Part shown: positions 23,531 through 37,100 of the stretch, piece after piece
Numbering within the stretch: the stretch's first letter is position 1
Layout of the letters: every line of letters starts with the position of its first letter
Origin: Takakia lepidozioides
Taxonomy: Eukaryota; Plantae; Bryophyta
DNA length: 64,000 bases
Direction: 5' to 3'
NCBI GenBank assembly: GCA_030704615.1
Contig: CM060732.1
Location: 82,708,001 to 82,772,000 of the forward strand
Translations under genes and position numbers: made by a program
The notes under the pieces: generated by a model
What the model was told of the DNA's origin: nothing
The model's database searches: none
The model's input: only the letters and a program-made list of their open reading frames with translations

Positions 23531-24699
23531 AGCATGAAACCCGCAGTTCTTCAATCTTGCCATATGCCGATTTGTGGAACACGTTCTTGTCCCTTCGATG
23601 AGATATCATCTAGGGTTGAAATGGAGCCAGGTAGTCAGAGGGTGGAACCAGGATTTCCACTCTCTTATATCATAAGCACATGTTCCATTTTTATTTTTTT
23701 TCTTATTTCAATTTCAGAGATTCCTTCTCAAATGTATTACACGAGGAATTATTGCACCAATCAGATATCAATTAGACGGTTCTTTAGCTCCAGTGTGATC
23801 TCCTCTCTTACTTCATCTTTTGCTATCTCTATGATCTATATACAATGTAATCCGCTCTGGAAAAAAACTATGGTAATTATATGTACAATATATTGAAGCA
23901 TAGTGTCGCAATACCTACATAATGTTTCATTGAATCTCTTTCTTAAAACATCAGCTGAAGCTCAAGTAGGCTACTTTCTGCTGATCATTAAATGCCATTC
24001 ACTCTCTCAAGTACTTCAGCGGCCATGCTAGCATCTGAAATGTTCATAGTAATATTACAATGTTGCAGGTTCTCAAAAAAGATGTCCAATGTGTGATGTG
24101 GGGGTTCCATTGATTGTTGCCAGAGGTATTCTAGATTTGCGATGTGCAATCATATCTTCAATAGCTTCCTCACACGTTGGTGTCGACCAAAAATCAATAT
24201 CTTCCTCTATGAATTTGCGTAGAACATTTGCTTTTGTTGCAAGCTCACGTGAAGGAGGTAGGGACATGGTTTGTGGTGTATCAATATTATCAATTTTAGA
24301 TCCAGACATTGCAGTGCTAGAACCCGACTCCAACTTAGGGGCAGTCCGAGCAGTAGCGTTCTTCTTGACGCTTACTAGTGTTGCAATATTTCTTTTGCCA
24401 TGCTCCACTAGTTTCTCTGCAAAAGTATTCCTCTGAACTCTCACTTGTCGTGGGTTCTACTTCTCCTTCGAGTTCAAGTTAGCGGACTCCTTAGCCAATG
24501 CCACATCTCCCACAAGTATCCTATAAATCAAATTAAAAACAATGTGAGACGTAGACCAGTAATTACAGTAAAAAAAACTACACTAAAATTACAATGACAA
24601 GGTGATGGAATATAATGACCGTCGGTATCTTTCGAAGCATGATTTTTTCTTTCATCTTCAAGAATTTCTGCAAAACGAGCTGGTACCCCATTGTTGAGT

Positions 24700-25860
24700 T
24701 CTCTAGAGATCACCCTTTGCATTGCTCTATCTCTAATATATTTGTCTGAACGAGTGTACATGCCTCATACCAATCAAATTAATTCTAAGAAGGTAGGAGC
24801 ATGTTAGTTGTGCAATATATCTCATAATTATAATTAAAGCATGATAATGCATGCAACAATTACTCACTTTGCATAGGATTTGTGGTCTCGATGACCAATA
24901 TTAACTTGCATAGTATATTACAGCCATTGGGACGTTCGATTTGGCATGTGTCCAACTTCAACAGTTCTGTTGCCAAAATCAGAGGTACTTGCAGCAGTAC
25001 AGTTCAACTATAATTGAAACTTTGGAAAGGATGAGCGTAACATTGTCTTGTGCCCCGGAAACCAAGGTCGTTGGTCCCCTGGATCCATATTCAGAAGCCT
25101 GTGCACCTCGTTGGGGCTCAATGTTGGTGCATGTACGAAGTGACGAGTTGCGGAATTACACCCGAGTCTCTTTAGGTACACGTAGTACAGATGTTTGCAA
25201 GGGCAATACGATCCTCTTGTAATCCTTCAGGCCGAGACACAAGAACACATGTAGGAACCAGTGACAGAACGGCGCATAGCCTCATCTGCTGCTAGTTTCA
25301 CTCTGGAATAACGCACGTCTTGAAAAATATTGAAGGGGATGCCGGGGACTCCAGTCTTTACAATCCGTTGCTCTTGTCTGGAATGGATGATCTGTCCAAT
25401 AGCTCGCATCATATCTTGAATGTTGTACACCAATTGCAGTTATCAATAAGATAATTAGAACAAACAAGATGTAACCACAAAACCGTCGTAGGATTTGGAT
25501 AAACGATCTTGAATAAATCTGGAACTTGTAATATATATCGTCTGAAATAAGGTTGTACATATCGATGGACCCGATGGACCCCATGATTGCTGTAACAGAT
25601 TGATGGTAAGAAGCATAGTTGGAGGATACATAGATCCACGATCCTGCTTGCGCATTTGTAACATGAAGTCAGCAAGTTTTTGAACAAAGCCTTTGATAGG
25701 TCTTTGATGGTTTTCTCAAATCCATAACCGAAAATGCTTACACCAGGCACTGAAGGCAGTATCCAGAGTATGTGCCCAAGCCTCTGTTGCTTTGCTAGGA
25801 CGCCTACCACCTTTGTCGACATTGACGACCTCTCCTTCATCCAGCTTACCCCACCTATCA
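24700..25860 (-). pseudogene. Crypton-like (DUF3504/ZMYM-QRICH1-type) tyrosine recombinase remnant 1
   Basis: SKATEAWA..FSAW; KLADFMLQMRKQDRGSMYPPT; FNIFQDVRYSRVKLAADEAMRRS; NVPMAV..GHRDHKSYAK/YTRS..RAMQRVIS; frameshifts, decayed introns, internal deletion. Confidence 0.7.
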
Positions 25861-26283
25861 GCACCTCCACGTCCCTTAGTACGCCCCTAGATATTTCCAA
25901 AATATTAGCAGTTTTCACAGGGGTCCAGGTCCTAATTAATTGATTAAATAAATTAAATTCAAAACTAAATCCTAATGACAATTCTTATTTTAGGACATAT
26001 TCTTTCAAGCATGTGCCATACATGGCTCCTTCACAAATTATATACATGATGACACAAGAATTAAAATAGGTGGCCGGCCTGCTTCTCAATTACGACAAAG
26101 GATCGAAATCCATTGTCTCCAAGCCTTATGAGAGGGGCTACCCATTGGCACCACTGGAAAGCTAGATATACTTGGTCTGTGGACAGAACGAGTTCAACTG
26201 CCACTGCTCTTCTTACAAGAATCTTCTTTGACCTTACCTTAGCAGCTAAGTTGGCTTGGGATAAGGTGCGTGTAGACATTATA

Positions 26284-26959
26284 GTTGCAGCCTACGGTGG
26301 ACCAAAATGAGACACACCATGAGTCCCTAAAAGTACATAAAGGGGGATGTGGCGAATCCTCAACCATTGAATTTGCTTCAATTTACAATCTCAACCGTCT
26401 ATTATTGACCGTTAAGGACTTTATTTTCAAATCGCGATAGTTTCAGATCACGATAGTTTTTTTTCAAATTTGACCTTGATCCACCCCGGGGGTCTACCCT
26501 TGGTCTATGTATTTAATGAGGTAGTGTTGATATTTCAAAGAATGTTATATGTGAAGGACTTTACGAAAATAGTTATTTTGAAGGCTCAAAATAGTACATA
26601 AAGTTCATTTTACTTAATATTTTCTTAGTGGATATTTTCATTCTAGATTCTTTATCCCTCAAAGCACATTTGGTCAAGTCTTTTTTTTCTAATTTTCTAT
26701 GAATCATGCTTTAAAAAAAATCCATAACGGCCTTTTATATGGACTATAACAAATCATTATAGACTTGTTCAAAAGTCCATAATTTCTAACCATTTGTTTT
26801 TTTTGGTTATAAGACTTGGAATAGGTGTAGTTGAGCCTTCATATCTTAGTCATTTTTTACTATCAACATTGCCATTTATGAGTATGATAATTTACAACTA
26901 ATCAAGGTCCCAAAAAAACAGTGTTGTGACAGCAGTTTTGGTCCACCGTAGGCTGCAAC
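26284..26959. mobile_element. MITE, Tc1/mariner-like (TA-flanked) or 24-bp-TIR element
   Basis: Perfect inverted repeat GTTGCAGCCTACGGTGGACCAAAA at 26284-26307 and 26936-26959 around AT-rich non-coding DNA. Confidence 0.8.
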
Positions 26960-28155
26960 ATCAAGATCCCAGAACGTCAGCATTTCTTCCTCAGCATGTC
27001 ATCATATGCAGTTGCACTGGGGCTAACTCCTGCGAATGGCCCAGACAAATCCCACAGCGACACCGAACCCTCCTCTTCCGCTTCCCCATAGTTCGATAAA
27101 TCGGATATCAACTCGAAGCATGTCAAAACTTCAGCGAAAACCAAGCTCTCCTACCAATAGATAGCTCTCCTTCCACAATTGGATTGTTTCTGCCTTCTCT
27201 CTCTTATCTCAGCTTCCATTTTCAATGGTTATAAGTGCTCTTCTAATTTGGACTCTTTGGACTCTTTGGACTCCTTGAGTGCTTTCATTTCTTAGGTTGG
27301 GCTATCCATGGCCTTTGCACTGTGCCTTAGGTTCATCTCTTGGATCTCCTCCCGTCACTTGCTTCTAGAATACAAATGAGGGAGGAGATGCGGCACAAGT
27401 ATAAGGTAAGTGCCACACTTTATTTTATGTATTATGGAATGGGAAACCCCTGTCCATTTTGCCAATCAAAGGCTGTAGACCTTAATGTACTATGGAACGG
27501 TCCGGGTAGGGCCCGTTCCACCTAGAAACGTGGCAAGCCTGCCTTCCTGTAGGGTGGAACGGGCTCCACCAGACCGTTTCAGAGCGGTGTCTCCCCACCG
27601 TTGATCAATTGTACTACAAACGGCTACGATCTACTGGATATGGGCCGTCGATATGACACATATATGCGACGATCTGACGGTCTATATTAGTAGCCTCTAT
27701 GTGATGTGTTATGACACAGGACCAGCCGATAACGTTCAGGAAAAAACCTTAAAAAGTACCATAATAAGACACCAAAACCGGTTACTGTTAAAAAAGTCAA
27801 ACTGGCGATAATTTAAAGAGCATAATGAGCAGCTCTGCAGCTTCTGATTGGCTGGACATTGTAATGGGCTGTACATGACAAAGAATATTGCGCCAGGCTT
27901 CAGCACTGCATATTCTGCTTCTTAGTTTGCCTCTAAAACGGCAGAATTTGCCTCAAGAATCGTTAATGTATACCTATATATGTATAATTATTAAACTTAA
28001 AACCCGCTTCTGCCCCCCTATAGCGAGTTTGGGATCCCACCCGTCCGGACCTGGGTTCATTTTTTATTTGACCTAGGGTATTTGGTGACGTTGCGGATTG
28101 GGGTCCTAGGCTACCCGGATCCTAACCCACCAGGTACCCGGGGTCAGGTCCGTAC

Positions 28156-28987
28156 CAGTGTTGGGCGGTTCTTGCATTTGTGAAGGAACCTTCGGTTCCG
28201 GTTCCAAAATTATTTCAAGAGACGGTTCCGGATCCGGTTCCGGTTTTTTTTTATTGAGCCGGTTCCGGTCCGGTTCCGGATCCAACTTTTAAACATGGGG
28301 GCGGTTCCGGTTACCGGTTAGTTGCTGATAAAAACCATCGGTTCCGGTTAGGTTCCGGTTCTATTTTAAAAATATATTTGTTTAATTTAATTAGATTTAA
28401 AATATTTTATCAGTCCGGTAGATTAAATAGCAGTGTATTCACATATTTGAACTAAAATCCAACGATTTTGTTAGTTTTCACTAACACAAAAAAACAAACA
28501 AAAATACTCTAAATAAACTGGTAGAAGAAAATGGGTAAAATTTTATGGGTTGAAAGTACTATTCAGCTACCTGGCAAGTATTGGCATCTTCAAACATTTT
28601 ATTAATGAACTTAGCCAGGATATCATGGAGCTGGAGATTGAACCCAAGATCTCATGGCGCTGAAGCATTGAACATAGAATCTCATGGCCTTCAAGCATTG
28701 AACCCAGGATCTCAGGAGCTTAAGAGCATTAAATAAGTTTTTCCCTGGGCCCACCAGCCCCACCAAGGGGTCAAGAACCAAGAACCGGAACTGCTTTGGG
28801 AGCTGGAACCGCCGGTTCCCACACATGTGGGCGTAGCTGGAACCGCCGGTTCCGGTTCCCACACAATCCCCAATGAGCGGTTCCGGTTCCGGTTCTGCAC
28901 AGGCGGGTCCGGTTCCGGTCCGGTTCCACATAACCGGAACCGGAACCGGCGGTTACCCGGGGCCAGGCGGGTAACCGCCCAACACTG
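28156..28987. mobile_element. hAT-family MITE
   Basis: 15-bp TIR CAGTGTTGGGCGGTT / AACCGCCCAACACTG; 8-bp TSD GTCCGTAC (28148-28155 and 28988-28995); CCGGTT/AACCGG subterminal arrays. Confidence 0.95.
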
Positions 28988-29279
28988 GTCCGTACCCGCA
29001 CAACAACACTCCAGTCAGCCCTAGTTTCTTCCATAAAAGGGCCAAAAGGAAAGGGCGACAACTACACTCACCCAATGAGTTTAAGGCAAGCGTGTGGGGT
29101 GATGGGAGCTCGGGGAGGCTGGGGCAGACTACCAGTCAAATCTCATCCCCCATTTGGAAGGTGGGGAGCGCTCCACACCTCCTAATCCCTCCTCATGCTC
29201 CCCATCTTTAGGTGTTCTCACATTCTCCAATTTTGCTCCCCTGTTCCCGCTCCCGGATCTTTGATCCCCGTAGTGGGAC

Positions 29280-29500
29280 ATGGGGACTGGGAATAGGGGA
29301 GCAAACCACATTCCACAAGGCGAGGAGGGGAACAAGGACTGGGAACAGGGGAGCAAGCCATTCCACAAGGCGAGGAGGGGAGCGGGGAGCGGGAACAGGG
29401 GAGCAAGCCGCATTCCATAGGGCGAGGAGGGGAGCGGGGACCAGGAGGGGAGCGGGGACAAGGGACACGGAGAAAGGAGCGAGACTGAGAACAGGGAAGC
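29280..29500. repeat. G/A-rich minisatellite (~50-bp unit)
   Basis: GGGAACAGGGGAGCAAGCCATTCCACAAGGCGAGGAGGGG repeated about three times. Confidence 0.75.
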
Positions 29501-31870
29501 CGAGCAAGGATCTTAGAATTATTGTGGAGACGAAATAAATAAATAATTAATCATTTGCAACCAATCACTCAATGCACTGTGACAGCCACAAATTGAGCTT
29601 CAGACCTCATCGCAACGCATATCATCAAGCCACCACACTACGATCAATGCTAGTGCTTTACTCTTTAATAGAGACTCGCCTGTGAGAGGGGAGCAACAGG
29701 GGGTGGGGATTCAACAACGCGCCCCGCCGGAATGGCCATCCCTGGCGTCCGTATCGCAAGGCTCCCACGCTTGCATTCAACTGGTTGGGTTAGCGTAGTC
29801 TTCTCCAAGGGAAAGTAACAATTACATTACTAGGTTTCTATGAGGGTCGGCCTAATCTATGGTTTGAAAGGGGACCACCTTGTTCCAATGAACCCTGTAG
29901 AGTAGACCCATTGTTCGCTCCACTCCCCTACACTATGGTTTCTTCGTATTGCTTACCAAAACGTTTTCGGGTTTCTATACATGAACCTCTCAGCTATTTC
30001 TCTCAGGTCCGAACTAGCCCAACATGCAATGCAATTTCTAGCTATATCCCTTAAAATTTGTTCTCTACTCCATTGGAGTTCCAACACGATGTCCCGTATA
30101 CAAGTTCTGGATTATCCACTAAGCCTAGGGGGCACAATGTTATGTACACGGTGTATACTTCCAAGCTCTGATCCCATTCTAAGCTCTGATCCCAAACAAC
30201 CCGACACCCTTGGTTGCAACCAGTGTTGTGCCTGGTGTAAAGTGTAGACTCATTGTGAACTTCCACACTGTGACTCTTGTTTCCAAGATTATGCATCTGC
30301 TTACAATTGCTTACCATAAAATAAGCCAATTGTTTGTCACTTGACATTCCTAACCCCGGGGCCACTGGCACCCTTATCAAATACCACAAGTCTCAAATGC
30401 CAATCCACTAGTGGATCGGCACATCTACTCTTTGCTTCTGGTCAGACCTGTGTTCTGAATTTTTATCAACCTTTCCTTTACTACAAAACTTTGCCTTTCT
30501 ACACATTGCTTTGTCATCCTACACTTGCCCTCCTACAAAAATGCCCCGCGACACCCTACTGGCCAGCCACAGGGGGCCTGAGAGCAACAGCTCCCACAAG
30601 TGCATTCCTCGGGGCTAACCCTGTTGGGTCTAAAACTAGTGTGTTGGGTAGGGTGAACACCTCAAGCACACGCATCACAAACCCATGGGCAGATTGAATC
30701 TCTTAGTGTCATAAGCAAAATGAGGAAAAACAAACAGATCCATTTTTCACTTCTTCAATTGAACATAACCTCTGCGCATCATTCCTGTGCTCTCCTTGTC
30801 AGGTCTTTACAATGCCTGACATGCTGCACCTGATTGAAATATTTGTCCTACCATTTCCTCCAGTCCAAACTACAGACAGATGTCATCATTCCCCCATCAA
30901 CCAGGCCTGATGGTACTCCAGCAGAGAAATATAGAAAACACATCATTTTCAGAAAACAACCCATCTGCTAACAACAGGTGGAAGGCTGCAGGTTCATCAA
31001 TATGACATAACGGAGACAGTAGCAGACACAATGAGGTCTCCTAAGCTACACTCAGAGAAAAGTGGTGAAGCACCACAATCAACCCTCAAAAAGACTACCA
31101 TTGCATAAGGGAGAAAAAGCCCAAACCAAGCAAATTGCCAAGAAAAACTGCATCTAATGACCACGGAAGTACTGAGGCATCTGCAGTTTTCCTCCATCCA
31201 CACCCAGCCAATATCAGGAAGCAGGGGAATGTAAACTTCACACAAGGTACCACTTATAGCCAAATATCACCTACAATGGTGGTAATCAGTCCCCATGTAA
31301 TGAGATGCATCTGCCCACCCTTTCACAGATACTTCAGAGTGAGTTGCATGCAGGGGCACAACGCCTTCTATAGCACTACCCAACCAGAAAGGTAGCCCAT
31401 TCCCTTTGCTGGTCAGCACAGGTCTGATAAACTAGAGCCTCAAAAAGTAAATTAAACTGTCCCATAGTAGAATGTCAAAGTCAATGATTGATACACAGAA
31501 GCTATAACTGTGAACACATTCAAAATTCCCTTACAATGACAAGAAATACCATCTGAAACCATATCCACGCTCCCTGCTGGATGCTGAAGCAGTGTCCCAT
31601 ATGAGTGGAGTGTTGAAGACACCGATCACAGTTGCACCAGCATTCACTGGCAATTGTACCCAGACACACCAAATGCTTAGTGGTACTAAGCTTACTCATG
31701 CCAACTTGAGTTTCCAAATTTGTTGAGAACATGAAGTGCATGCACAGCAAGTAAATACAGCCAGTGAAAAAACTCTGCAAATACGTTACATGAAATCCTT
31801 TTTAAGCAATGTAGTTTCCTTCAAACAAAATTAAAGAAACACACAGTTATGTGTCGAGTCAAAGGGGTAC

Positions 31871-33086
<1,216 letters not shown>

Positions 33087-34135
33087 TCAAGGAGGCCCCG
33101 CGGCCCGCCTCAGATCCCAGTACACAGCGTCTGCGATGGCAACCACAGACCTCCACTCTCTCTCTCCCGATAGCCCCCCACGAAGATGAGCTCGGGCCTT
33201 CAAAGAAGACAGAGAAGAGCGGAAGGTGTGCCTTCGTGCGGCCAACAGCGCGGTGTGCCGCGCTGTTGGTCAGCCCTGTTGGCTTGACTCAATAAGGCAG
33301 GCCTCCCTCAGTGCTTAGAAAGCTCACCTAACTATTGAAGGCTCACTGACCACAAAGAAATCCTTCCACCTTTTCTGATTTTTCTGGGATGTTTCCGTGC
33401 CTGAACAGAATTCAACCTCGGTATAATCTTGGAAGCTGCACTGCATTTCACTGCTTGCATCATATGATGACAGATAGCTACAGACAAAACGCTAACCAAG
33501 TTTGGAGATGGCAGAAATCATCTGCTGCTGCGGTGTGGATTGGAGGGGACTGGAGGGAAGCAGGCTCTTAAACGTCTTTGTAGTGCGTGGAGGGGCACAT
33601 AAATCTTACACAAATGCGAACATCATCTTCATGATAGGGTCAGAGTTCTATATGTAATGAAGATCACAATGAAGAGGATACTTTGGCAGCCAGCAAAGTG
33701 GGAGAGACTCCTTGCAACTGAAGTGTAAACAAGCTGATTGAAAGTAGTGGCTCATATGACCAAGGACAGGGATAAAGGGAAAAGCCATATCGCAAGGCAT
33801 GATAGCATAAAGGAATTTGTTTAAGGGGGTTATATGTTACAACTTACAACGACCCATACATGTCCTCTGCACTCAGAAATTTCCCTGGCTACAGGTATGT
33901 TGTAAGGTGGGGTTATGTCCCCACCGAAAGGGGGAAAACAGGAATCAAAATGATCTGTGAACCAGGGACAGCCACAGATTTACAGATAAGATGAAATCAA
34001 AAATTGCGAATAAGTCGTATTTAGTCTCTTCATTTGCTGTACACAATCCGCTCCCACATTTCCAGGGTACTCTCTTCTAAAATGCAGAGAGTGATGTAGG
34101 CAAGAAAAAAAGACAAAAGGACAATACATGGGCCT

Positions 34136-37100
34136 TTAATCCTCCTCATCGCCCCCTTCTTCAGGAGTGGATACCAACCATGCCAACCACTTGCCCACCT
34201 CCCGTATGGCCTACACACATTCAGTTCAGAATTGTCAATTTGGAACTAACCCTAGATATATGCATTCATATATGTAGAGTTTCAGCTTTGCAATGAAGAG
34301 AATGTCTTACATGTAGACCACAGATACCGCAGTCATTAGGATGACATGATCCATTCAGCGTTTTGGGGGGGGTGGGGTGCTTTGCTGCGAGCCCTCTCCT
34401 AGAATCTCGGCGATGTAACCATGGGAGGTATAACTCTCACCAAATAAAGTGAAGTTCACTCACCAATCTATGAAACCCACCAAAAAAGGGCTGTGCAGCA
34501 CCATACAGGCTTATGAAGGTAGGCTTCCTGCCCGGAGTTTAAATTTCAGTCTAGTGCGGGTAGGTAGGCCCTTGAGATCATCCTTAAGGTCCCGGTCCCG
34601 CCCATGTTACAGACTGGGAACTAGTTCAGGGAAGTTTTACACCTAACTTCATTTAGGGAGGGAGGGAGGAAGAGAGAGAAGAACAAATTACTACCTCGGG
34701 GGCACAAGGACACAAGTAGAACGGACAATGGAACCAGAAAAGCAAACAGGAGAACCAAAGAACGACTCTAAGAGCTCAAGCATTGCATGGGGAGAGAGGG
34801 AGAGACCTTGTCCCTTCCTGGAGTGGAATCCTTCACGTCATCTTGCCACTTCAAGTATGCTTGCTCCGAGATAACCTAGACAAATATCAGTCTTATCACA
34901 GTCAAACAAAAAGGAGACAATGATAAAATGTTGGAATAGGATACAAGGGGATACACAATCAGGAACTTTTGTGGAACGGTGACGTCAAACAGAATCATTT
35001 CTATGAAGGATATAATATCAGAAGAATTCGTGCTTCAGATGGAACAACAACCGTCATCGTACTGGGGAAGAAATAAAAACTAGAAAAAATCCAAACATGA
35101 AAAATTCACAAATGGAGTTCAAGAGATAGAAATATCGGTGCCCATAAAGCCAACTGCATAAATATAGCATTAGTATTGAACAGTCAGACAAACCCGTGAA
35201 GATAGGTAGCGGAAAATGGTACGATGCACACTATTGCATGCATTGTCACATTTTAGCTTCGGACCTTGTCGTTCAGGTTGGTCTATGCTCCTGACCAAGA
35301 TGGCAGGAAAGCACACTAGAAAGCTACAAATATAATTAGTTGATCAGTTATAAGAGACATTTCGAAATCTCTCACAGATTAACAGGAACTCGCATACCTT
35401 CTCATGGTAGAAATTATCAAACAATGTGCTCATCAGCCCTGGAGGATGACCCAGCTGGTTTGTAAAAAGTTGAACTGCAACTATGTCTGCAAGCACAGAT
35501 GACTTCAAAAGTCACAAAGCTGCGAATATCTCTTAAACAACAAAACTGTGGGCACCTACAGATTTCCGAGTTGCTGACCAACTCAAAAGATACCATCTAC
35601 CACCCAGCAACTAAAATTCAAAACTGATTAGGCTTCTGGACCACTTCCTGAACTGCTGCAAGGCCTCTTATCAGCAAAGCAATGCTCATGTGAGCTCACT
35701 GAAGGGGAACGGTAAAATTGAATGGAAACCTATGCAGTCGTCCAGTAGACAGAGAATTGCATTGATAAGTAACTCACACTGGATTTGATTTGCTTCGGCA
35801 GCTCTTGCCTTGCCTGACGCAAATCGCTTTAAGAGAGGAGCATACTCCTTTGTCTTCCCCTTCCATGCCTGCACTTCGCACACCAACCAAAGAAAAAGGT
35901 CAATTGCCTGAGGCTGCATCTAATGAGACCTATTACAATATGGATCATCTGTGTACAATGTACAATCTGCATCCAAGGGATCCTTCTCTGGAAACCAACG
36001 GTGGCAGTGAGCTCAGATTCTCATGACCACTGTAACTGTGTCCTCTGGTGAATATCCCATTGCATGTAATAAACTGCACAGTTCAAACCAGGTAGAGGCG
36101 AGAAACAGGTCTGATTTAAGTTCAAGTCTGCATTTCATGCATCCAATGTGCGAGAGGATATTTCAACTGAAAAGAGAAATCATGAAAGACAGCCTTGGCA
36201 TGCAGTAGGCTTGCGGTCTTGGCACATGGTCTGCAGAGAGTAGAACGATCAGGAACGGAATCTATTTCATTTGCCACAAAGAACTCCATGAAATGCTCAC
36301 CAGATTGTTAAGAGGCGGGGGTGGAATGCATCGCCTCAGTACTTGGGTCATAATCATCAACAAAAATTCTGAGTCAGACATCGTCGATGGTGACACATTT
36401 TTCTGCCAGCACTCAAGACCACACAAAGCACAGTCAGTACGTTAATGAGCTAGAAATTCTGTCACAGCAACTACTCAATGGTCTAAGTACTGTATCTGGA
36501 CAAAAGCTAGCATACTGGAAAATCAATCTCCCATGGTCACCACTGAAAGCAAGTGCTAGTGAACACACGCAAAATCATTGAGACAAAGAGCCACTGGTAG
36601 CAGGCCTGCAGGTTGAGAAGGTCTCACCTCTACCCAGTTTACTATCTCCAACACTGGTTCATTCCTAATCAGTGCTTCTTTGATGTGTTTCTCCACTGGC
36701 AACATCTGGTCAACACAAGACAGACAATCCTCTCAACCTGAGAATATACCTCTTGCATTTCAAGACGTCATTCTGCTATGTATTTCGGAGACTTGAACCA
36801 AGTATACTATGCAGCTATCTTGTGAGAAGCAGATTTTACAGTTATGGTGTTCTTGCCACAAAACACAGGCACACGGCTTGTTTTTGAGAACATTAATTTA
36901 AAGCTTGAGGCTGTTGTATGTGCTGCCTGGCCTTAATATCCTTTCATTTTCACAATGCATTGTCTAATGTCAATTCGCTTCTGTATCTCTTAAGTCGATT
37001 GAAATCAGCAGAGGAGCCTCAGACATATTCGTTGTTGCAAGATATCAGAATGGATAAAGCAGCAACCAGTGGGATTCTGTGACCACCTGGCATCCATGTG

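Noticed and set aside
23134-23896. ORFs with poly-K and poly-P runs
   Set aside because: Artefacts of homopolymers and GC-rich repeats at the CACTA end
28623-29538. Overlapping repetitive ORFs (EPEP, SPLP)
   Set aside because: Translations of MITE subterminal repeats and a minisatellite
30779-30910. Candidate terminal exon of ARF1
   Set aside because: Several acceptors are possible and none can be supported without transcript data
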